Of a stretch of DNA of 32,000 nt, positions 9,888 through 22,788 are shown piece by piece. This DNA is from Paramicrosporidium saccamoebae KSL3 (taxonomy: Eukaryota; Fungi; Cryptomycota): positions 84,025 through 116,024 of the forward strand of contig MTSL01000178.1 in assembly GCA_002794465.1 (NCBI GenBank). The letters are read 5' to 3'. Each line of letters opens with the position of its first letter. The stretch's first letter is position 1. Below the pieces are notes generated by a model. It worked only from the letters and a program-made list of their open reading frames with translations, did no database searches and had not been told where the DNA came from. The position numbers and the translations under genes are program-made.

Positions 9888-10027
9888 GCCTATTCCTCAA
9901 TAAAACGCGACTGTAGTATTTGGTCATCACTCTCAAGTGTTTATATCTAGGAGGCCAATGAAAATTCACTTGAATCCCGAGCCGTATATGATTGGCGGCT
10001 TTTCAGACCGGAGGCAGTTGGAGCATC

Positions 10028-13000
10028 ATGTCTGACAGCGCCCAAGGTGGGTTATCTTGAAATTGTTGGTAACCATTCTAGGAGACTATCGTAATGATAG
10101 TAGATTCAAAAGGTATGAGACTGCCATCGAACGAAATTTGGCTACCTTTGAAACCATTTCAGAATGGGCAGACATTATTGCATTTCTTTCTCGCTTAAAC
10201 AAGGTGAGCCATTTATTCATTCCATTGTCATTCCTTCAGACACTCACATCTCATCCTCAGTATAGCATAGTTCCACGGAAGCTGATCGTCTGCAAACGTC
10301 TCGCTCAATGCCTAAACCCCAATCTTCCATCGGGTGTGCATCAGAAGACGTTGGAGACATACGCGACAATCTTTCAAAAAATTGGGGTACACATCCTGTA
10401 ACGGTAGATTTAATGTATAGGTGGAGGGTCTTTCGCGGGATCTCTCGCTGTATTGTATGGGAATTTTTCCATTCTTCGAATTTGCCTCTTCGATGATGCG
10501 TGTTGAGGTGTTGGATATTGTTAGTAGATTTATTGTGCCCCTCGGAGGAAGGATGAATGAGTGCTTACAAAGCCTTGTGTTGGCGCTGCTTCCAGGATTA
10601 GAAGAGGAATCTGGAGAGCATTTTGGCAAATGCATGAAAGTTTTCGATAACATTTCAAGCGCGGTGACCGCCAAGAACGTAATTGAAAAAGTTTGGACTG
10701 CAATGTTAGCTAGCAATAAGCATCGTTTGTCCGCGGTGAACTACCTAAATCGCATTCAACCTAAAAGGCTCTCCAGTGAAGAATCTGCCACTTTTTGTGC
10801 TGAGAGACCTACATTAGTTACCTCTGCTTTGTGTGTAGCTTTGGAGGATCAGCAGATTCTTGTTGTACGTGGGATTCTTGACTTGGTCTGCTCCCATTTT
10901 CCTCTTGACAACACATGGCTTGGGGATGCTCTGAAAGTGCAGCTTGCTCGATCGGTTTTAGCCGCACTTACCCGGCGTGATATGTCTCTAAATCGACGAG
11001 TATACTCTTGGATAATTGGATCTTCCTCTTCGGAGGGCAATCTCGAATCCATTGCCCCTAAATGTACAGAAATGCTTGTCGTTGCCCTCAAGTCGATGAT
11101 TTATGAAGCAGACCTTCAGTCCTCTGATAGTTTAACCCGTCCATACAAAGTGCTCTTGTTTCTCAATGATAAAGCCCATATCATGAAAGCACTATTTGAG
11201 CATGTCGTTGTGGATCTTATTGGTGCGTTAGAATCGTGGAGCAGGATGGGTCTTTCAAATTTTGACAAGGTATGGCGCAGGGCTCGATTTCTAAATTCAT
11301 AGATCTTGGCATCTGCCGATCAGTTGTTCAGTGTGGTTGACTTGAGCCAAGTCTGGACAAGCTTCATTAGCATTGCCACAAAAAAGCGCAGAGCTGAATT
11401 TGTTGAGTTGTGCACAGTGGCGTTGTATGGGATGAGAAATTTGAGGATCTGCGAGGATGAGGCCTCGTATGGGCTGCTACCGCTCTTTCTTGGATCAGTA
11501 TCTCTCTCATTCCAAGTACTACGACTTGTCACAAGTACTAATTATATTAGAAAAGGGATGATATTACCCCTGAGGAGGTTCGGGAGCTGTTGAAACTTTG
11601 TAAGACTGTTGCCGTCAAAGTTGTCTCTCCCGAAGACGTCAACTTTAGAGACTTTTCCATCGAGGCCCTACAGGATATTTTTGTCACATTGCCTGAATCG
11701 GCAAAGACTCTCATAGATCCGGTGCCTACAATTGATTTTGCGTTGCGATCAGCTTTCGTTTGCTCAACCAATGCCATGGCCAAGACACCTAACGCCCCAT
11801 GTGCCGTCATTACAGAGATAGCCACAGCGATCACAGGGTTAGCCCATTCAGTTCTAGTCACGTCAGAAACGCGAATTGCAGAATACGATTCCTTGTTAGA
11901 AACTAATGAGTTTAAGGAATTGATCACGGCTGTCCATGAACGTATAAAATCCACGTGCAACGTTGATTTACTTGACTCGGTCGCTCGACTATTGATGGAA
12001 TTCAAATTGGCTGCAGCAATGAAAAGTTCAACGACTAGCAAAAATCGTGATACAATTCTAGCCCCAGTTATAGGACCGCTCCTTCAAAAGGTACGAGATC
12101 CTTGCACATTCTTAACCAATCTCAGGTGTGGGACTTGATCCTAAGCGGAGAGTCCAATCCTATGACGATATCGTTGCTTCTATGCTCGCTCTATTCATAT
12201 CATCCATGGGACATTGATAGCTTTTTTTCTCGAAAGGTCAGCACTGGTAATATCGAAACGAGGTGTGTCGCAGTTCGTCAAGTTGCAGATGTATGGTCTC
12301 AATCAGGTATGGCTATTATATTTTCCTCACTTCCTAAATAGTTGAGCTTTCACAATGCCCGGCATCATTTCTTCCGACAACCGTGACCGTATTGATGGAA
12401 CTTTTAGAAGATCCTGTGCCGGAGATTTCCAGGACGGCGTCTAATTGGTTTATTAAATCCGCGAACCACCTCCCAAGGTATTCTTGATTGTGTCCGTCCT
12501 TTATCATTAAGAATCATTGAGCCTCTTTTTCGACTGTTGATAGAAGTCCTGACAAACATCGAAGAGCCTTCAATGACATTTGTTCCATTCTATTCAAAGC
12601 CTTTCAACGCCGATCAGATTCACTATTGCTTTCAACAGTTAAACGCCATGATCGAAATCGGTGGCTTAGCGGTTGCAGATTCCATGAATAATCTTTGCCT
12701 AAATCCAGGTTTACTAAATGATCTTCTGGCAAAGATTCCATCCAAGTACCGATTTTGCGACAGTAATCAAGGTACTTTCCCCGCACAACTGCTTTCATTC
12801 CTAGGAACCTCTTTAATTCTTTCTCTGTTGCTAATTTCCTTGCCGTACTCTTTTCTGCACGATCGATTGATATTTTTAGTTATTGCTGTGCGGAGAACCT
12901 TGAGAACGTCGGCGAAGATCTTCGGCGAAAGGTAGAATTGATCCAATTATCCTCTCAAAAACTCGTTGTGTCTGTCATCCAATGCTACGATAAGCCCGAT

Positions 13001-15580
13001 ATGAAGAATTTGAACTGCATTTATGACATATTTTTGGAGAAGCTTCAGTATATGGTGCAAATTTCCTCGCACAAAGGCGAGGCGCTCACAGTAAAGATTG
13101 TGGAAGTTGTCCTTGCAAAAATGGCAAAATATCATGCCGAAAATGGAGATCTATTACCTGGTAGCTACCATTTACACTCCTAATCAGTAGATCCTTCATT
13201 CTTGACTGGAATTGTATCACAAATTCTGGCGGTAATTGACAGTCCCGAGGTTCTCTTGGCATGGACTGAATTTCTATGCTCCACAGATCTATACTTTGAT
13301 GACGCCTATTCAAAGCTTGTGGGTCCTGCTTGTCAAGTATTGATCCAACGAATCCGAGAGGACATTAGTACGCAGAAACGAAATCACGAAGAGGACGGGT
13401 TTACTGTGGCAATCATGACTGCAGTCACTGACATCATGTCGCGTGCTGCATTTTCGGACTCGGGAAAAATAGCCATATCAGCATTGTCCATACAAGGCAC
13501 AAAGACAAAGTCTACTTGGGCTGGAGGCCTGCCACGCCATCCAAGTTTTGACAAAGGGATCGCCGAGCTCAGACTTAACTCAGTGACCTCCCTCATTCCA
13601 TTTCTGCTCATAGAAGTTTGCCATCTTGTAGATCAAATCGGTAGTGCAGAAGCACGCCAAAATAGCCGGTTGATGCTTTTGTGCGAAAGAATATACTTGT
13701 CCAGTCCGTCAACCACACTGTATTCAGTTATCGATTATGTTAGTGGGCGGAATGAAGTACTAAGTGACACCAAGTTTATAATTGATACTCCTCTGGAAAA
13801 ATTATTCAACACAAGTACTGGTCCATTTCGCGAAGATCTAATGAGAAACCTGTCAATTTTCATGCGCGGAATCCGTGATGCGAAAACTGATCCTTATTCT
13901 AAATTGTACTGCAATTTTTTATTATTTCTAATATGCACAGATCTTTTGAGGCATTTTTCACACTGCTATATTTTTGTGCACAGAGCACAAATGACGCCGA
14001 AAAGTCGGCTGAGATCCTGTCCATTTTGACACAAGCCTCTCGTGACGTCATTGGCAATGTTGCAAGATTTCGATCTAGCATCCCTATAATATTGGCGGCC
14101 TACGTTCAAGTGCTAGAGGGACCCTTCTTCGAAGCATCGGCCGACAGCCGCAAAAATTATCGGGAATCCATAGTACTCGATCCGAAGTGATTTTATTTGT
14201 AGGACACCTTTTATCGAATCCTGGAGATATCGATTAGTTTAGCAGCCAAGTCAAATGATGTCGGTATGTGGTCCAGCATCCAACCTGCGGAAGGAGAAGT
14301 CACACTAGACTCTGTAGCATCAATCTCAAAAGACAAGCCTTCAGGAAAAGTATTCACATATAATACTGCTCTAAAATTAGGCTTTTGGTGCAGTCATTTG
14401 GTTGATTATCCCGAAAATGGAAAAAATATTGGACACTGACAAGTTGCAGCCAATCCTCTCATCGATTCTTAGTCAGATCCTGCTACCAAATCTCAAATCC
14501 GCGTTCAGGTACTGTACAATTTCAAAATTTACTCTTAGATTTCAAGCTCTTGGGGCGTTGGCTACAATCGGCTTGCGAAGCATCTGTGTGCAATGTACGC
14601 TTTCCAAATACTGGAAGCGAGAATTTTGGGATTCCGTGTTCTTAGATCAGCAATTTTTTTCTTGCAACCAAGAGACGCTTCAGGATTTTGTTGTAGAGAT
14701 GAAAACGCTTTTACAATCCGACTCGGAAAAAATTTCCGAGCTGCTTGGTATCATCTAATGTATGTATGTTAATGTTTAGCAAAAATACCATCCTCTGGTA
14801 GTTCTAACTTGTTTTTGTCACGCGAGATGGAATCCTTGAATCGAGCAACTATGATAAGAAGGCTTGGGTTTGTGGCATTTTGTGCAGATGTTGAGACTTT
14901 AAAGTCCAGCATGCCTATCATACAAGAAAAAATTGTCGACATTTTACGTCTTGGGGCGGGTATTAGCTCATCAGAGGTGTCTACCCGGTGCATTATTTGT
15001 GCTAATTTTATAGATTTATATTCTTCTCAGAATTCTCTTGTTCCGTCTAGGCGACGAAATGCCGAGCACACTGTGGCCAGTTGTTGTCACAGACATTGTT
15101 GCTCTATATCGGAATGTGCTGAACATTCCGAACCCGTCAAGTCTCCCACATGCTCAACTCATGACAGTTGCACAGGCCAGTAAGCTGGTTGATCTTGTTG
15201 TTATTTCTGGCTATGCTACCCCATTATTGTAATATGTGCGGCAATTTTTTAATAGTAGGTATTTTTGGGTCTTATTTGGAAATGATACAACGCACAGCAC
15301 GGATGTCTTGAAAACAAGAAACTTGTTCCGGCGCATAAACGAGAAGTTTGCTTGGGACAAGGAAATCATACCAGACGAAGCACACCAGATGTTAAAAATG
15401 CGAAAACCCTTAATTCCCGCTGGTCCTATCACTAGCTTGTATGATTTGGAAAATTATTTCTGTTTTGTGCAAAATAGATTACACGAGGGAGAGGCATTTA
15501 GTGTTGCCATTGATTCGACCGATTTAAAATCCAGGTTTCTACATGATTTTACTGAGACGATCACATCGTCTGGTGACTAG
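10028..15580 (+). CDS. DOP1: Dopey/Dop1 endosome-Golgi trafficking protein, about 1652 aa, 18 introns
   Basis: Dopey_N motifs EWADIIAFLSRLNK, KRLAQCLNPNLPSGVHQKTLETY, LLPGLEEESGE and LTRRDMSLNRRVYSW. Introns: 10047-10081, 10204-10239, 10387-10420, 11270-11302, 11516-11550, 12091-12125, 12307-12341, 12478-12511, 12772-12804, 12845-12879, 13161-13187, 13906-13940, 14173-14202, 14350-14380, 14509-14538, 14748-14779, 14977-15013, 15229-15255. The spliced length of 4959 nt is in frame. Confidence 0.9.
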
Positions 15581-15604
15581 TTTAGATTGCTTTATAAAAT
15601 TATA

Positions 15605-17002
15605 CTATTCGTACCCTTCGACTTTCATATCATTCAGGCCGAACTCCTCATTCTGTTCAAACGTGCGCTCATATTCCTCGACAACCATCATGGGATCTTC
15701 GTCCGGCGCATATATATTTTGCAAGTAGCTATTGCCCATCGGATCATCCAAAATGACCGTACATAGAAGCTGAAGTTCACAAATCTTGTCAATATTTTTC
15801 AGTAAGCTGTCGAAAACCGATTTTTTTTCAGGCAATGCGGAATCTCCAGAGGCGAATGGGACTTTGTCATTGAGCTCCTTACGGACTTGCCTCAGTAGCC
15901 CTTCGAGAGTAGTAAAGCGTCCACCCAATGCACCGGTTGTTAAATGAAGATCAATTTCTGGTATTTCCAGAGTGCAGGTTTCGGATTTGAGAATATCTCG
16001 ATTGAGATCTTCTTCTGACCTAAGTTTCAACGTAATTCTACGACCACGCAGAGCCATGGCTCCGCTACTCTTCACCTCGTTTGACTTATAGCCACAATAG
16101 TCGCACGTTGTGGCCATAATAATAACTTCGCGAAAATGGGGAATCTCGATGAGATGCATCCTAGTTTCACACGGCGATGAGCACGAACTACAATTAGTTT
16201 GGAAGCAATACACTGAGTCTGGCACAAGATTGTCATTGTCATCTTCACCTTCCACGTTATTTTGAGCCGAAAACCCCATTAACGTAAGCTGTTCAGAAGT
16301 TTGCTTGTAATGAAGAGTTTTGATTTTCGGATCCGTTTTAGGGGCGCATCTAAGAATCAGCATTGGTTTTGAGATATTTGATACAAGTTTTCTATATAGC
16401 TGTTCCCTGAAGGGTCGTCAACGACAAAAGAGCATTTCATCTTGTTGCTCACGATATCCTCGAGCTTGGCAATAACTACCTCCAATTTTTCATGCGATTC
16501 TGAATCGGAAACCTATGTATCAGCAATACACGCGCGTAGCAGATTTACTTTGCGTGAATCTTGCCCATCTCTTAGATCAGCTATAATGCGCCGAATTATT
16601 CCCTCCACAGTGTTGAGATATCCTTTTTGATGACTTGCGGGCACTTCTAGCATGGCTTCTTCGATGCTGACGCTTGCATGCTCTGATACAACTACCTGTC
16701 GATTCAAGTCTTCCAAAGAAGTTATTAGGCAAGTCTGCTTAATCCCTTTATCTGCGATCGCTGTAGCCGATTGAACATTATTGTTGCTGAATCCACAATG
16801 GGGGCATTCAAAGGCGGCGATTACTATGTCGCGGAAGTGGGGGATTCTAGTAAGCAAGAAACGAGAAACGCCCTGCCATATTAAGCCAGAGTCGTAAAAC
16901 TACCTTCTCCCTGCACTGCATACACAAGCTCTCTACCTCTACGACATTTTGCTCCGGGGAAATGTCCTCGAATATCGGCCTGTGTTCTTCCGGGTGTCCC
17001 AT
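15605..17002 (-). CDS. ZPR1: Zinc-finger protein ZPR1 (two ZnF-domain modules), 431 aa
   Basis: complement(join(15605..16349,16385..16512,16549..16872,16904..17002)). EVESLCMQC, TRIPHFRDIVIAAFECPHCG, IPHFREVIIMATTCDYCGYKSNEVK, DDPMGNSYLQN. Confidence 0.96.
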
Positions 17003-17316
17003 TGTTTTCGATAATCCCTGGTTGAGTTGCCAAATATAGATGTGGGGAGTATGGGCATTTACAAAAGTACAAACCTCCCCATTCCATAGCCTTATACATA
17101 AAATCCGGCGGATGTTAGACAAAATAACCGTATGCGCTCAATCGGTTTGGAAGCTCACCGGGCGCTGCCATCTATTTTCCTCCCTTGGAGTGTTTCTAAA
17201 GATATAATATCAGTGAACTCAGTTTGATGCAAGTTCTCCCTGAATTAGGTCAATTTATTCATCAGGTACTTAGAAAGAATATACATTTGAGGTCATATAG
17301 AAGGTGCATAAACATT

Positions 17317-18551
17317 ATGCGTATTGGACCAATCAAACCTGCGCAAAGACAAGGGTCGAGAGGAATAGCGCAGCCAAAGAGTATGACGAACCGAAATAAG
17401 ACTACAGCTATTCCTATACCAATTTCTGACCCTCCGTCGCATATTCCCACCGTCCTTCCCACCTCAAGCAGACCAAAGCAACGTCTAGAACCCACCAGGA
17501 CGACAAAAAAGTCGCAGAAACTTGTGGTATTTCCTGATGCTGAAGTGGAAGAAGAGCAAGTTGATGAAAACTGTATTCAGATTGTATCTGATGAAGAATT
17601 CCCGTTCACTTCGAACGCTCCACAGTCAGACGAAAATCTTCGACGAGTTACGGCATATTTGACGGCCGAGTACTTTTTATTGGGAGAATTTTATTTTATA
17701 GATCATTCCGGCTGAAGGATCTTCGAGACCACTGTCTCAAGATGAATTTAACAGGGTCGGTTGATATCAAAAGATTTGACGAGGTCCTCTATTCGCCATA
17801 TTTTATTGATAAAGAAAAGAGCGAGCTGGCCGGAAAGCTGGAGGATGCCGTTGCTTCTGATGCGCCTATCGGGGAAATCTTTGTCTTTGATTATGGAGTT
17901 GTCGTGATTTGGGGGCTAGATGAGGAAGATGAGAAGAAGGCCCTACATAGACTCCAACCTTACGAAACCGACAGGCTAAGTCCTGATGATGTGGAACTGG
18001 AAAGCTTTTCGTTCTGTCACAATCCCGACAAGCCTGCGCGTCTATTTAATGACATTATCAATCTACGGACCGGCCATCACCTGGTAAAACTGACTATTTC
18101 TCATGCATTGGCACAGTCAGTGAAGTTGGCGTATTTTGAGGAACTTATCGAGAATACAATTTTACATACGAAGAACATTCCTTATGAACTATCGTCCACT
18201 GGGACTATCAAAATGTCCAGACAGGATATTAATAGGCAGATTGGAGAACTTTTTGCCATGCGTATGAATGTTAATCTGATTTCTAACGTTTTGGACACTC
18301 CTGAGCTGTTTTGGTCATTTCCAACGCTAGCACCACTATATCGCGCGGTCCGCGGATATCTAGAGATTTCACAGCGTGTCGAAGTTCTTAACCAAAGATG
18401 CGCCGTTCTTTCAGATATGCTTGACATGCTCCGCGACCATGCTAACATCATGCACGGCGAGACTCTGGAATGGATCGTAATCGTACTAATTGCTATAGAA
18501 ATCTTTATTGGGATTGCCAAAGGCCTGGGAGACGTTCTATATAGTAGATAG
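17317..18551 (+). CDS. RMD1: RMD1/Sif2/DUF155-family protein, about 400 aa
   Basis: join(17317..17669,17702..18551). RVTAYLTAESFRL, GEIFVFDYGVVVIWG, SHALAQSVKL, VLDTPELFW, YLEISQRVEVLNQR, LEWIVIVLI. Start codon uncertain. Confidence 0.88.
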
Positions 18552-18620
18552 ATAGTGCACTAAGAATAAATAAAGCATGATGATGATTGCAGGCATGTGG
18601 ATATTTATACAGATTGTTAA

Positions 18621-21598
18621 TTAGTTAGTGCTTGTCCTCGGACGAGGAGGAAGAGGAGGGCTGCCATCGGCATCTTTCAAGTCGATCAGATCAAAGCTAG
18701 ACTCGAGGGTAGCGCTGTAGGGCTCAGGATCGGAAAGCCTACGGGATAAGCGCAAACTCAGACACGACTTACTCATCTAGGTAGGTTGCGCTCGAAGACA
18801 GCCTAATCTCTGCTCGTAATTTGCTCTCCCGGGCTCGATCGACCTTGAAAATGGGGACTTCGAATACGCCCTTCACAGGCTTGTGATCGGAAATGTCAAT
18901 TTCTGATCTGTCGTAGAACATGCATCGTATCTATTCCGAAATTAAAACACGCGCAGGACAAAATTACATCGTCTCCTTTAAACAGAATTCGGTCGGTCCA
19001 CGATGGGACCCGCATTTTTTCGCTACAATATCAATATATGAAAGAAGGAATACCTCGAGTCGTATATGTTTGTTCCAAGATCGTACTTGTAACTAGGTGC
19101 AAAATTAAGCTCCCCTTCTTGAAAGTCCTGGAACACTAGCTTCTCCTTCATTCGCACGGTTAATTGATCATGCTCCCTCAATATGCTGTAGTTCTTCTCA
19201 ACAATATGCTCCCGGACATGCTCTCGATCCATATCGATCCTGTAATTCATGTCACCAAACCAGAAAACGACGTCATGGGCCAGAATGTCCCTCCCGCCGC
19301 TCATTTGCAGTTCATTGAGAGCGAAAATTTGATCCCGGTCGCGCTCCGCTGCATTGTTTTGCCCAGCTGTAAAGTGGGAAGATACAAAGCAGAGGCTAGA
19401 GTTGAACACATCCATTCTAACTGCAACACTTCCCTTGTTCCCAGCCATCCCACCCATACCAGTCTTTTTACTGGCAATTTCCACAGCACGGACTGCATCC
19501 AAAAAATCCGACCTGATAAAGACGCAAATTGTGGTGCCTACCAGCTGGTGAGATACGAGGAGCGAGAACGGAGTCTTTGAATGGCGGTCATTCAAATACT
19601 TTAAAATAAAGCCTTCCCACATGATTCTGCGTTCTGGATCCACGGACATGATCTGTGTAGCATTTAGCTGAACGATTTCCTGAAACCCGATCGCCACTAT
19701 ATGAGGAGGAGCAACGCCTATGAGGATGAACAAAGTTACAAGCAGTATACCTTTGGGGACGGAAATGAGTGGAGAATAGTCTTCACCAGACAGAGGGATA
19801 GCAGCGTTTGTATTCCAAGTTAGAACTTGCACAATTAGTTGCTCGCGATCACAGTATTCCTTTTTGCGTCTCTCGAGCTCTCCTTCAACGGCATCGCGCG
19901 ATGGAGAATAAATGATCACCGGAGATAACTCTGCAGTTTTCCCTAGCAATACGTCGATGGCACGCTGTCGTACTTTTTCGGAAAAGTTGTTCGAATAGAA
20001 TCGTTTGGCATTGTTTTTAAAGTCCTCAAACAGGCTAGAGAATGTAAACTTGCCTAGTCGCCCGTAGCTTGACTTGATTGCATTAGATCCAGTATATATT
20101 CTACTTAACTGGTCTCCATTTGATGACCATAGTTCAGACAAAGAGTTTTGGAACAAGTATGCATCATAGGTATTGCCAGAGCCAAGCAAATATGTTCTCA
20201 CAAAGAGATCCACAGTCCTTTTGACAATGTAATTTTGCACAATATTTGTCCTGTCTAAGCAGTCCAGACAATTGACTCTAAAGATTCCCTTTTGTTCTCG
20301 AACAATCGTTCCCGCAGGATCCATCACAAAATACCCAAACACCTGAAGATCCCGGCCAATGAGGTGAAAAAGTGACTCTAGTCTTTCAAAGTTGCTGTTT
20401 TTGCACACTGCGTAAACATCAAAGGTTGTTTGACTGAGAGCCCCAACGTCCGGATACTTTCGTACATGAAAATCAAAGGCATTGGATAGAACATGTTCCG
20501 CTTGTCCCTCTTTTTGATTCAGCAGATCAACAACATGGACGAGGCCATACGAGTCCTTGAGATTTGTGAAATGCCTATCGAATGCGGGCTGCGTTGCAGG
20601 TGGGGTGCGTGTTAGCTGGATGCGGGGGAATCCAAGCTGGAAACCCTGTTGATCCCAAAAGATGGGCACTGTCCCGCGAATAATTAGATGAGAGAATGTA
20701 AAATCTGGATGAGCAAACAGAGTCTCTGTCTCGACAAAATTAGAAACATTTCCATCGTCGTCAATGCCACGGGAACGATACCTTGTACCTGCCCTCTTGC
20801 AGCTAATTCGAGAGAATACGGCAAAGGCCGCCCGATTTTGCCCAAACATAAATTCCTGGATATCGGCGAAACCCTCGAAGCAGGCCACAAAGATACCTCC
20901 AGTCTGGATGGCCCTTTTTTCCGAACCAAGTAGTGAGGCAGAAAATTTCATGATGGGCTTCATTAGAAATCGGTTCCAGAAGAACGAGCGCTCACAACTT
21001 GTCCAAGCGAAAGGATGCCCTAATTTGACAGTCTTCTGCAAGCTTTTAGTAGAGTCCCAATCGTATCCAAAGTAAAAGTAGCCTTCGGACAAAAAGACTG
21101 ACAATTCTGCACATGGATGTTCGCCATAAGCCTGACGTACTCCTCGACGTGCGTGCCCATGGTCCTCCAAGGGAAGACTTGCCGTCGAGGATGCATAGCT
21201 TGTTAAATCATCGTATTTTGACGAAGTGATGGACACAAAGTCGACCTCGTCTATCCTATATAGCATTCTTCCAACCACACTCCCGACTGCCGTCACTCTA
21301 GTAATTATACATATAAAGTCCTCTTTCAAATTAGTTACAGTCGACAATGGGCTGTACCTGAATCTACACGAATGATTCCGAGACATCCGAAAATGGGCCG
21401 CTCAACTAGTCTTTCATAGAGGGATACATCGAGAGTGGCCGTGGCGACCAAGTCTACTTTGCACGCTGTAGTGACCTTCCCAGCTTGTCCAATCGACGAA
21501 AATGACACTGCTAGTGTTCGGCCAGTCTTTGAAGGGCCGCTGGGACAGATTACAATCCTCCGAAACGGGCCCCTCTCTAATAACAGTTCAGATTCCAT
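18621..21598 (-). CDS. Synaptojanin-like polyphosphoinositide phosphatase (SAC1 domain plus 5-phosphatase; Inp52/53 type), 935 aa
   Basis: complement(join(18621..18738,18773..18930,18968..19022,19054..19717,19751..21322,21358..21598)). RGIDDDGNVSNFVETE, intact CX5R motif VNCLDCLDRTN, WFGDMNYR, PSYKYD, PSWTDRIL, ISDHKPV, C-terminal PPLPPRP. Confidence 0.94.
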
Positions 21599-21783
21599 GG
21601 TGTGACGAGGCCCGGCTGTCGATGGAATGGGCTACCTATTGGTCTATTAGTTAAGCGACCGCTCTGACATGTTCTTTGTGGAGATGACTATTTGAAAATT
21701 ATACATTGATCCTAAACCTCGAGATGGGATTGCATCTTACTAAAATTGTGCACGAGGTCGGGGCTGCGGCGCGTTTTCACCGA

Positions 21784-22788
21784 ATGGATAGTGCTACGAC
21801 CAGCCAGTCGCTCGAAGATACCGGTAAATTCCAAGTGGTAACGCTTAGTGCTTAACCATGTAGTTGTACATAATCCAGGCACAGTGCTTGTTGGAATATT
21901 TGCCGCGGTTGTCGTGTTTCAGTATGGTCTGCTATTGTGGAAGCGCAAGCACCCTAACACGTATCTGTTGACTTCCCTGTTTCTACTGTGGGTTTTCCCC
22001 CTATTCATCGCCATTAATAACTCTTTTTGGAGATTTACAATTGTTTGGCTGATATACTCGGCGACGAACTACCGTGTCATAAGAGCCGCTAGCCAGCCAA
22101 AACTAGACCCCAAGACCCCTAGATTTGTGTATCGGTTCTATCGAGGATTATTCAATGTCACTATGGGCATTGCTGCATTCGGATACGGGCTATTCCTAGT
22201 GAATGCTTTCATATTTCCCACTGCAACAATGATCGATCTGAGCATTACGTTGGTGTTCTATGGCCTTTATTTTGGAGTGTTGAGCAGAGATTTGGTGGAA
22301 TATGGGGCAGATCGCATGGCTACCACGATTGGCGTACGTCTTTTCACTCTCTTCATTTCTTAGTATTACAGCAAAGAAGGTTTTCCCACAAAACATTTGC
22401 AGGCGAACATATGCGCCGTTTGTGGGGACAGCGTCTGTAGTCTACTAAACGTCCCAACGCCTGCATCTCCAAGCCAAGCGACGCCACTCCTTAGTCCAGA
22501 AAATGCAGACTACTTGTTCCTCAACTGCAACCATGCCGTCCATCTCCTGTGTTTGCATGGCTGGTGCCTCATTGGAAAGAAGGACACCTGCCCTTATTGC
22601 AAAGAGAGGGTTGATCTCGGCCTTATACAAACAAATCCGTACACTAAGCTCATGCATTAATAATGATTAGATGGAGAGATCCCGAGTTTGTTTATGGAAA
22701 ATTGCTTGATCTGGTGCGATACATGGTCGTATGGCAACCGCTTCTAGCCTTTTTTATACACATTGTTATAACAGTAATAAAGAACTGA
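21784..22788 (+). CDS. RNF121: Multi-pass membrane RING-H2 E3 ligase RNF121/RNF175 family, 305 aa
   Basis: join(21784..21823,21849..22333,22364..22638,22671..22788). LFYGLYFGVLSRD, CAVCG, CNHAVHLLCLHGWCLIGKKDTCPYCKERVDL, NPWRDPEFVYGKLLDLVRYMVVWQP. Confidence 0.93.

Noticed and set aside
19023-19053. Synaptojanin intron donor GTATTCCTT resembling a U12 donor
   Set aside because: An extra T breaks the GTATCC register, and there is no CCTTAAC branch site.
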